Shown one piece after another: positions 21,109-28,623 of a DNA stretch of 64,000 bases (position 1 is the stretch's first letter; every line of letters starts with the position of its first letter). This DNA comes from Aquabacterium sp. (GTDB lineage Bacteria > Pseudomonadota > Gammaproteobacteria > Burkholderiales > Burkholderiaceae_C). The stretch lies in assembly GCF_023266355.1 (NCBI RefSeq), contig NZ_JAHFQM010000001.1, one strand, 5' to 3'. Made by a program: the position numbers and the translations under genes. A model generated the notes under the pieces. That model did not search any database. It was not told where the DNA came from and was given only the letters and a program-made list of their open reading frames with translations.

Positions 21109-21135
21109 TAAAGATTCCATGCCGTCTGCCGAAAT
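21109..21135 (+). promoter_or_regulatory. Sigma-28 (FliA)-like promoter upstream of cheY
   Basis: TAAAG-N14-GCCGAAAT versus consensus TAAAG-N14-GCCGATAA, about 80 nt upstream of the cheY ATG. Confidence 0.4.
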
Positions 21136-21215
21136 CCGAAAAAGTTGCAAAGTCAGTCAAGTTGACCTGACCCTGCCTGCTCACACGCAAAGTTCATCAA
21201 GTACCGGAGAGCGCC

Positions 21216-21578
21216 ATGCACTCGATTCTTGCCGTTGACGATTCCGCATCCATGCGTCAGATGGTTTCTTTCACACTCAAAAGCGCTGGCTACAACGTGA
21301 TCGAGGCCGTGGACGGACAGGATGCTTTGGAAAAGGCCGGTGGCCGCAGCTTCGATCTGGTGCTGACCGACCAGAACATGCCCCGCATGGACGGCATCAG
21401 CCTGACCAAGAAACTGCGCGAAACCGCACAGTTCAAGGCCACACCGATCCTGATCCTCACCACCGAGTCCAGCGACCAGATGAAGCAGGCCGGCCGTGCC
21501 GCCGGTGCCACTGGCTGGCTGGTCAAGCCCTTCGACCCGAACAAGCTGATCGAAGTCATTCAGAAGGTGATCCGCTGA
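21216..21578 (+). CDS. cheY: Chemotaxis response regulator CheY
   Basis: 120 aa single REC domain: ILAVDDSASMRQM, LVLTDQNMPRMDG, GWLVKPF. Confidence 0.9.
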   Translation: MHSILAVDDSASMRQMVSFTLKSAGYNVIEAVDGQDALEKAGGRSFDLVLTDQNMPRMDGISLTKKLRETAQFKATPILILTTESSDQMKQAGRAAGATGWLVKPFDPNKLIEVIQKVIR

Positions 21579-21646
21579 CCTCAGGGATCCGCTGACGGGC
21601 CGGCGCACGTGCCCGCAAGCATCGCCACGAACATCTGGAGCCAGAC

Positions 21647-23809
21647 ATGGCAGACACGAGCACAGACAACAGCACGTCTTCGGCAGGGATCGACCTCAGC
21701 CAGTTCTACCAAGTCTTCTTCGAAGAGGCGGGCGAGAACCTGGAAAACATGGAACAGCTCCTGCTGGAGCTGGACATCGAGGCCGCCGACGACGAAGAAC
21801 TCAATGCCATCTTCCGCTGCGCCCACTCCATCAAGGGGGGCGCTGCGACGTTTGGTTTCTCCGATGTGGCCGAGCTGACCCACCAGATGGAGACGCTGCT
21901 CGACAAGCTGCGCCGTCACGAACTGGCGCCCACCGCGCCGATGGTGGACGTGCTGCTGCAGTCGGGCGATGCGCTCAAGTCCATGCTGGGCCGCCACCAG
22001 GGCTCCGGTGGTGCCGTGGTGGACACCACCGACCTGCTGGTCAACATCCGCGCCATGGCGTCTGGCGAAGCCCCTGTGGCCCAGGCCGCACCCGTGGTGC
22101 CCGCCGCCAAGGCTGCCCCCGTTGCGGCTCCGGTCGCTGCGACGGCCGCCGCGGGGTCTGCCGCTGCGACCTCGGGCCAGCGCACCGTCGAGTTGCGCGT
22201 CGGCCCTTTGAGCGACCTTGCCCAGGCAGACAACCTCGTCGACCTGTTCAAGGAAATCACCGACCTGGGCACCATCGAGCCCTTGCCGGACGATGCCGCC
22301 CTGGCTGGCATCCGCCGCTTCAAGGTGAGCACCGCCGCCGCCGAATCCGAACTGTTGGACCTGTTCACCTTCCACGTGGCGCGTGAGCAGGTGGCCTTCC
22401 TGGCCCTGGCCGACGCACCGGCCGACCCGGGCTACGGCTTCTTCGATGCGCCCGAGGCCTCTGCCAGCGCGGGCGCCCAGCCTGCCGCCGAGCCGCAAGA
22501 GAAGGGCTATGGCTTCTTCGACAACGCGCCCGGCGCGCCTGACAAGGCTTCCGCCGCTGCGGCTTCTGAGCCCGCTGCGCTCAAGCCCGTGGCCGCTGCC
22601 GCCAAGCCTGCTGCGCCCAAGGCCGACAAGCCTGCCGCTGCGCTGGAGGCCTCGACCATCCGCGTGTCGGTGGAAAAGGTGGACCAGCTCATCAACCTGG
22701 TGGGCGAGCTCGTCATCACCCAGGCCATGCTGGCGCAAAACAGCCGTGGCCTTGACCCGGTTGTTTACCAGCAGCTGGTCACCGGCCTGACCGACCTGGA
22801 CCGCAACACCCGCGACCTGCAGGAAGCGGTGATGTCGATCCGCATGATCCCGATGTCCACGGTGTTCAGCCGCTTCCCGCGCATGCTGCGCGACCTGGCC
22901 AACAAGCTGGGCAAGAAGGTCGAGTTGGTCACCCAGGGCGAAGCCACCGAACTGGACAAGGGCCTGGTCGAGAAGATCACCGACCCGCTGACCCACCTGG
23001 TGCGCAACTCGTGCGACCACGGCATCGAGATGCCTGCCGACCGCCTGGCCGCCGGCAAGCCCGACGTCGGCACCATCACCCTGGCGGCCTCCCACCAGGG
23101 CGGCTCCATCGTGATCGAGGTGCGTGACGACGGCAAGGGTCTGTCGCGCGAGAAGCTGCTGCGCAAGGCCCGCGAGAAGGGCATCGACGCACCGGATTCG
23201 ATGACCGACCCCGAGGTCTGGAACCTGATCTTCGCGCCGGGCTTCTCCACGGCCGACGAGGTCACCGACGTGTCCGGCCGCGGTGTCGGCATGGACGTGG
23301 TCAAGAAGAACATCACCTCGCTGGGCGGCACGGTCGAGATCGACTCGGCCGAAGGCTATGGCATGCGCGTGGCGGTTCGCCTGCCCCTGACCCTGGCCAT
23401 CATGGACGGCATGAGCGTGGGCGTGGGCGAAGAGGTCTACATCCTGCCGCTGTCTTCGGTGGTCGAGAGCTTCCAGGTCAGCACCGAGATGATCAAGACC
23501 GTGGGCGGCTCGGGCCGCGTGGTCGAGGTCCGCGACGAGTACATGCCGGTCATTGAGCTGGAGCGCGTCTTCAACGTGCCGCGCTTCGACTGGGAGCACA
23601 ACAGCGGGATCATGGTCGTCGTCGAAGCCGAGAGCGGCCGCGTGGCCCTGCTGGTGGATGAGCTGCTGGGCCAGCAACAGGTGGTGGTCAAGAACCTGGA
23701 GACCAACTACCGCAAGGTCAACGATGTGTCGGGCGCCACCATCATGGGTGACGGCCGTGTGGCACTGATCCTGGACGTGGGCAGCCTGGTGCGCCGTTCG
23801 CGCCACTGA
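21647..23809 (+). CDS. cheA: Chemotaxis histidine kinase CheA
   Basis: P1 Hpt CAHSIKGGAATFG, N-box HLVRNSCDHGIE, DDGKGL, GRGVGMDVV, C-terminal CheW-like P5 domain. Confidence 0.95.
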   Translation: MADTSTDNSTSSAGIDLSQFYQVFFEEAGENLENMEQLLLELDIEAADDEELNAIFRCAHSIKGGAATFGFSDVAELTHQMETLLDKLRRHELAPTAPMVDVLLQSGDALKSMLGRHQGSGGAVVDTTDLLVNIRAMASGEAPVAQAAPVVPAAKAAPVAAPVAATAAAGSAAATSGQRTVELRVGPLSDLAQADNLVDLFKEITDLGTIEPLPDDAALAGIRRFKVSTAAAESELLDLFTFHVAREQVAFLALADAPADPGYGFFDAPEASASAGAQPAAEPQEKGYGFFDNAPGAPDKASAAAASEPAALKPVAAAAKPAAPKADKPAAALEASTIRVSVEKVDQLINLVGELVITQAMLAQNSRGLDPVVYQQLVTGLTDLDRNTRDLQEAVMSIRMIPMSTVFSRFPRMLRDLANKLGKKVELVTQGEATELDKGLVEKITDPLTHLVRNSCDHGIEMPADRLAAGKPDVGTITLAASHQGGSIVIEVRDDGKGLSREKLLRKAREKGIDAPDSMTDPEVWNLIFAPGFSTADEVTDVSGRGVGMDVVKKNITSLGGTVEIDSAEGYGMRVAVRLPLTLAIMDGMSVGVGEEVYILPLSSVVESFQVSTEMIKTVGGSGRVVEVRDEYMPVIELERVFNVPRFDWEHNSGIMVVVEAESGRVALLVDELLGQQQVVVKNLETNYRKVNDVSGATIMGDGRVALILDVGSLVRRSRH

Positions 23810-23850
23810 CATCGCCACTGACCACGCTACGGAACAAGAGGAGCAGCCAA

Positions 23851-24327
23851 ATGGGCATGATGGAAAAACTGGACGTGCAGACCGAACTGGCACGTGAGTA
23901 CCTGACCTTCCGGCTCGGTGACGAGGAATACGGCATCGACATCCTGAAGGTGCAGGAGATCCGCGGTTACGAGAACCCGACCCGCATCGCCAACGCGCCG
24001 CACTTCCTCAAGGGTGTGGTCAACCTGCGCGGCACCATCGTCCCCATCGTGGACCTGCGCCTGCGCTTCGGTTGCAGCTCCTCGGAGTACAACGCCTTCA
24101 CGGTCACCATCGTGCTGCACATCGGCCAGCGCACCATCGGCACGGTGGTGGACTCGGTCAGCGACGTGATGGAGATCCCGGTCGAGGCCGTGCGCCCCGC
24201 CCCCGAAATGAGCTCGGCCATCGACGCCACCTACATCCGTGGCCTGGCCCAGGTGGGTGAGCGCATGGTCATCCTGCTGGACATCGAGAGCATGCTGATG
24301 AGCCAGGACATGGGCCTGATCGACTGA
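23851..24327 (+). CDS. cheW: Chemotaxis coupling protein CheW
   Basis: EYLTFRLGDEEYGIDILKVQEIRGY, 158 aa, GAGGAG RBS. Confidence 0.9.
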   Translation: MGMMEKLDVQTELAREYLTFRLGDEEYGIDILKVQEIRGYENPTRIANAPHFLKGVVNLRGTIVPIVDLRLRFGCSSSEYNAFTVTIVLHIGQRTIGTVVDSVSDVMEIPVEAVRPAPEMSSAIDATYIRGLAQVGERMVILLDIESMLMSQDMGLID

Positions 24328-24416
24328 CACCTGTCAACCTGGCTGCCCTGGCAGCCGCACCGCGGCCGTGAGCGGGATCACTCTTGCACGGCATTCTTTT
24401 GCACGAGGACACCCCC

Positions 24417-24875
24417 ATGAAGCACACCGCTCGCATCGCCGCCCTGGCCCTGACGGCCAGCCTCGCCACAGCCTGGGCTGCCGAAGGCGGCGCCACCAAG
24501 GACGACGCCGTCGCCATGGTGAAAAAGGGCACGGCCTATGTGAAGTCGGCCGGCAAGGACAAGGCCTACGCCGAGTTCAGCGACAAGGCCAGTGCCAACT
24601 GGCACAAGAGCGACCTCTACCTCGTTGTGTACGGCCTGGACGGCACCGTGCACGCCCATGGCGCCAACGTCAAGATGGTGGGCAAGAACCTCATCGACCT
24701 CAAAGACATCGACGGCAAGCCCTTCGTGAAGGAGCGTGTCGAGATGGCCAAGTCGCAAGCCAGCTTCTGGCAGGACTACAAATTCACCAACCCCGAGAAC
24801 AAGAAGATCGAGCCCAAGAGCATGTACTGCGAAAAGCTCGATGACACGGTGGTGTGCGGCGGCATCTACAAGTGA
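24417..24875 (+). CDS. Secreted stand-alone single-Cache (sCache_2-like) domain protein
   Basis: Signal peptide MKHTARIAALALTASLATAWA. Domain signature AVAMVKKGTAYVKSAGKDKAYAEFSD...DLYLVVYGLDGTVHAHGANVKMVGKNLIDLKDIDGKPF...YKFTNPENKKIEPKSMYCEKL...VCGGIYK. No TM2, HAMP or MA domain. Confidence 0.75.
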   Translation: MKHTARIAALALTASLATAWAAEGGATKDDAVAMVKKGTAYVKSAGKDKAYAEFSDKASANWHKSDLYLVVYGLDGTVHAHGANVKMVGKNLIDLKDIDGKPFVKERVEMAKSQASFWQDYKFTNPENKKIEPKSMYCEKLDDTVVCGGIYK

Positions 24876-24929
24876 CGCTCAGGTGACGGAAGCGGGCCCT
24901 TGGGGTCCGTTTTCCAAGGAGACGATGAC

Positions 24930-26459
24930 ATGAATTTGCGCACGACGCTGATGGCCGCGCCCACTGCGGTCAGCCTGGTGCTGTTGGCCAGCCTGGTGGC
25001 GGTGCTGATGGCGATGAACCATTACGAGTCCCGCGTGTCGGCCACGCACGCGCAGGGCGCAGCCCACCAGGACACCATTTCGGCTGCACAGCAGCGCTTG
25101 TCCGAGGCCCATGCCGGGCTGTACCGCACGGTCACCGTGATCGGCTCGATGAGCGACGCGGACATCACCGCCTTCCGCGGCAAACTGGGCGAGTTGGGCA
25201 AGGCCAGCCGTGCGTCGGTCGGCCAGGTGCTGTCGGGCGGGGATGCCAACACCGATGTCGCCAAGGCCTTCGACAAGAGCCTGGGCAGCTTCATCAAGAG
25301 CGCAGACACCGCGGTGGACCTCTCGTCGATCGATCCGAACACGGGGGTCGCGGCCCTGCAGTCCGCCGATGCGGACCACAAGGCCATGATGACCTCGCTG
25401 AACGCCTTGCTCAAGCAGGTGGAGGCCGATGCCGAGGCCGACCTGAGCGAGCTGCGCCATGCTTTGGTGGTGCAAGAGGTGGTGATCGGCGCCGTTGGCC
25501 TGCTGGCCTGCATGGCCGCTTTCGCTTTCGCCTGGGCCATGCAAAAGCGCATCTTGCACGATGTGCACCTGGCGCTGGACGCGGCCAACCACGTGGCCGA
25601 TGGCCGCTTCGATGTGGACCTGCGCAGCCAGCGTGACGACGAGATCGGGCAGCTTTTGGGCGCCCTGGCGCGCATGACGCACGAGCTGTCCTCGTCGATC
25701 CAGACCGTGCAGCGCGCCGCGCAGTCCATCGAGACGGCCTCCAGCGAAATCGCTGCTGGCAACCAGGACCTCAGCCAGCGCACCGAGACCACGGCGTCCA
25801 GCCTGCAGGAAACCGCGTCTTCGATGGACCAGCTCACCGGCACCGTGCGCCAGACCGCCGAGTCCGCGCGCTCGGCCAACAGCCTGGCCACCGATGCCAC
25901 CGCGGCCGCCCGCCATGGCGGCGAGGTGATGCAGCAGGTGGTGAGCAACATGACCGAGATCGACACCGCCTCGCGCAAGATCAACGAGATCATCAGCGTC
26001 ATCGACGGCATCGCCTTCCAGACCAACATCCTGGCGCTGAACGCCGCCGTGGAAGCCGCCCGTGCCGGCGAGCAGGGCCGCGGCTTTGCGGTGGTGGCGG
26101 GCGAGGTGCGTTCGCTGGCGAAACGCAGCGCGGACGCCGCCCGCGAGATCAAGACCCTGATCAGCAGCTCGACCGAGCGCGTCGAAGCCGGCTCGCGCCT
26201 GGTGCAGGAGGCCGGTGCCTCGATGCAAGGCATCGTGACCGGGGTGGAGCACGTCACCCAGATCATCCGCGAGATCACGCAGGCAGCCGATCAGGAGTCC
26301 GAAGGCATCGGCCACGTCAGCCAGGCCGTGACCCGGCTGGACCAGATGACGCAGCAGAACGCCGCCTTGGTCGAGCAATCGGCCGCGGCCGCCGAAAGCC
26401 TCAAGGACCAGGCCGAGACCCTGGCCACCGTGGTGGGGCGCTTCCGCCTGCGGGCCTGA
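24930..26459 (+). CDS. Methyl-accepting chemotaxis protein (helical periplasmic domain, HAMP, MA)
   Basis: AAGGAGA RBS, two TM segments, HAMP region, signalling hairpin NILALNAAVEAARAGEQGRGFAVVAGEVRSLA. Confidence 0.9.
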   Translation: MNLRTTLMAAPTAVSLVLLASLVAVLMAMNHYESRVSATHAQGAAHQDTISAAQQRLSEAHAGLYRTVTVIGSMSDADITAFRGKLGELGKASRASVGQVLSGGDANTDVAKAFDKSLGSFIKSADTAVDLSSIDPNTGVAALQSADADHKAMMTSLNALLKQVEADAEADLSELRHALVVQEVVIGAVGLLACMAAFAFAWAMQKRILHDVHLALDAANHVADGRFDVDLRSQRDDEIGQLLGALARMTHELSSSIQTVQRAAQSIETASSEIAAGNQDLSQRTETTASSLQETASSMDQLTGTVRQTAESARSANSLATDATAAARHGGEVMQQVVSNMTEIDTASRKINEIISVIDGIAFQTNILALNAAVEAARAGEQGRGFAVVAGEVRSLAKRSADAAREIKTLISSSTERVEAGSRLVQEAGASMQGIVTGVEHVTQIIREITQAADQESEGIGHVSQAVTRLDQMTQQNAALVEQSAAAAESLKDQAETLATVVGRFRLRA

Positions 26460-26486
26460 GGCTCGGGTTCAGCCCGGTCTTCGGCG

Positions 26487-27395
26487 TCAGGCCGCCGTCT
26501 TGGGGTTGCGGTAGACGTCGATCAGGTCGCCCCGTGGCCCGAACAGGCGCTCGCGCCACGAGGCCTCCAGCGTCTGCGTGGCCTGCTGGCTGGGGTGGAA
26601 CTTGCGGCGCCAGAAGGTGGGCATGTGGCGCAGCACCTCGCTGATGAGGGCGCCGCGTCCGAACAGGGCTTTCAGGCCCCGGCGGTTTTCACTGAACTTG
26701 AACAGCTGCCCTTCTTTGACGAGCAGGTGCACCCAGCTGGCCACCACCGGCAGGCCGATGAAGAGGCCGACCAGCCAGCCGGCCTGCTTGCGCTCGCGCT
26801 GCGTGCCGCCGATGAGGTCGAACACGTCGTAGGCCACCGATTTGTGCTCCAGCTCCTCCAGCGCATGCCAGTACCAGAGCTTGAGCATCTCGGGGTCGGA
26901 CGATGCCGCCAGGGCCTTGTCGGTCAGCCACTGCTCGGCCAGGTGGGCGGTGAAGTGCTCCATCTGCGTCGTGCATGCCAGTTGCAGCCGGGGTGAGAAG
27001 CGCTCCAGCTGGCGCAGCCCGAAACGCACGTAACGTGCGGGCAGGTCCACGTCGAAGCCGCGCTCGCGGAAGAAGTCGTTGAGGCGGTCGTGCTCGCGGC
27101 CATGCAAGGCTTCCTGGCCCATGAAGCCGGACACCTGCGCCTTGAGCACCGGGTCGGTGATGCGGTCGCGGAAGTTGCGCACCGACTCCATGAAGAAGCG
27201 CTCGCCCGGCGGGAAGATGCCGGAGAACACCACGAACACCAGGCTGGCCAGCGGGTTCTGGTCGAAGAAGAAATAGCGCTGGGGCGCCTCGGAGAAGCGG
27301 AAGTCGATGTGGCGGGGCGGGATGCCCACTTTGGCGCCAGTGAGTGGGCCGGTGGGTGTGCCGGTGATGGTCTGGGCTGCGGTGGTGTCGGTCAT
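26487..27395 (-). CDS. Predicted metal-dependent hydrolase (PF10118-like)
   Basis: QEALHGREHDRLN ... HALEELEHKSVAYDVF histidine-rich motifs. Divergent from a TetR gene. Confidence 0.7.
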   Translation of the reverse strand: MTDTTAAQTITGTPTGPLTGAKVGIPPRHIDFRFSEAPQRYFFFDQNPLASLVFVVFSGIFPPGERFFMESVRNFRDRITDPVLKAQVSGFMGQEALHGREHDRLNDFFRERGFDVDLPARYVRFGLRQLERFSPRLQLACTTQMEHFTAHLAEQWLTDKALAASSDPEMLKLWYWHALEELEHKSVAYDVFDLIGGTQRERKQAGWLVGLFIGLPVVASWVHLLVKEGQLFKFSENRRGLKALFGRGALISEVLRHMPTFWRRKFHPSQQATQTLEASWRERLFGPRGDLIDVYRNPKTAA

Positions 27396-27455
27396 GGGGC
27401 GTCTCCTGGGTGCTGCACGGCAGGTTGACGTGCACGATAATCAGTGACAGTTTGT

Positions 27456-27485
27456 TCCGAATGTTCATTCGGATTCAATTCGGAT
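27456..27485. promoter_or_regulatory. Candidate TetR operator: inverted repeat plus a third half-site
   Basis: TCCGAATG-TT-CATTCGGA (27456-27473, 8-bp perfect arms), then ATTCGGAT repeated at 27478-27485. Lies in the 115-bp divergent region between the hydrolase and TetR genes. Confidence 0.4.
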
Positions 27486-27510
27486 CTCTGGACGTCCGCA
27501 CAGCGAAGCC

Positions 27511-28167
27511 ATGCCACGCACCCCCCGACAGCAGCGCGCCAAAACCACCGTCGAAGCCATCCTGGACGCCGGCTACATCAGCCTGGGCCGACATGGTCTG
27601 GCGGGCACGACGACCACGCACATCGCCGACATCGCGGGCGTCAGCGTGGGCTCGGTGTACGAGTACTTCAAGAACAAGGAAGCGATCTACGAAGCCATGC
27701 TGGCGCGTTTCGTGCGCGACCTGGTGGGGGTGCTGGAGCCCTTGACGCCACGCGTCGTGCGCATGCCGCTGACCGAGGCCATCCCGACCATCCTCTACGG
27801 CGTGCAGGCCCTGCTGTTGCGCGACGAGCAGCGCTACCTGAAGTACGCCCGTGAGGTGTTCAACGCCGACCTGCGGCTGGACCTGGCCGAGGTGTCGCGC
27901 CTGCTGGGCAACATCATCGTGCAGTACCTGTTGCAGAACCCGCAGTACGCCAACCTGCGGCGTTTCGCGGCCATGAGCTACATCTTCGTCAACGCGGGGA
28001 TGTTCACGGTGATCCGGCACATGTCGGACCCCAACCCGCCCATCACCTACGACGAGCTGGTCGATGGCCTGGCCCACATGGTGAGCCACTACGTGCGCAT
28101 GGAGCAGCACCTGATGCGGCGTGCCGCGCCAGGGGCGGGCGCAGCGCCTGCAAGCGCCGCAGACTGA
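27511..28167 (+). CDS. TetR/AcrR-family transcriptional regulator
   Basis: HTH TTTHIADIAGVSVGSVYEYFKNKEAI. Confidence 0.85.
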   Translation: MPRTPRQQRAKTTVEAILDAGYISLGRHGLAGTTTTHIADIAGVSVGSVYEYFKNKEAIYEAMLARFVRDLVGVLEPLTPRVVRMPLTEAIPTILYGVQALLLRDEQRYLKYAREVFNADLRLDLAEVSRLLGNIIVQYLLQNPQYANLRRFAAMSYIFVNAGMFTVIRHMSDPNPPITYDELVDGLAHMVSHYVRMEQHLMRRAAPGAGAAPASAAD

Positions 28168-28173
28168 GGGCGT

Positions 28174-28623
28174 TCAGCCGGCCACGGGTGCGTTGGCCAG
28201 GGCGGCCGCCACGTGGGCGTCGAGGACGTCCAGTGGCACGGCCAAGCGCGAGGCCGCATCGGGCACATCGCGCACGGCCGCTGCCCACACCGGCGCGGGC
28301 CAGCGGGCGTCCCAGTCGAAGCGCGCGATCACGTGCCAGTGCAGGTGCGGCACCACATTGCCCAGGCTGGCCAGGTTGACCTTGGTGGGTTGCAGCGCCG
28401 CGCGCAGCACGGTTTCCACCTTGGCCACGGCCTGCATCAGGTGGCTGCGGTCGGCCGGGGCCAGGTCGGTCCACTCGGCGACATGGGCGTTCCAGATCAC
28501 GCGGTAGAAGGCGGGGTGGTCGGTGCTTTGCGCATCGCCCACCGCGCGGATCACGCGCAGCTTGTCACTGCGCCAGACCAACAGGCCGCCGTCACGCTCG
28601 CAGAGCTCGCAAGGGTGGGTCAC
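28174..28623 (-). CDS. HIT (histidine triad) family protein
   Basis: Histidine triad [15 protein letters not shown] start at 28623 overlaps the stop of the upstream giant oxidoreductase (GTGA). It is the C-terminal part of track ORF 28174..30015. Confidence 0.8.
   Translation of the reverse strand: MTHPCELCERDGGLLVWRSDKLRVIRAVGDAQSTDHPAFYRVIWNAHVAEWTDLAPADRSHLMQAVAKVETVLRAALQPTKVNLASLGNVVPHLHWHVIARFDWDARWPAPVWAAAVRDVPDAASRLAVPLDVLDAHVAAALANAPVAG

Noticed and set aside
21569-21596. 11-bp direct repeat GATCCGCTGAC spanning the cheY stop codon and repeated 17 bp downstream.
   Set aside because: It is short and single, and could be chance or a tiny duplication scar. No hairpin or known motif is associated with it.
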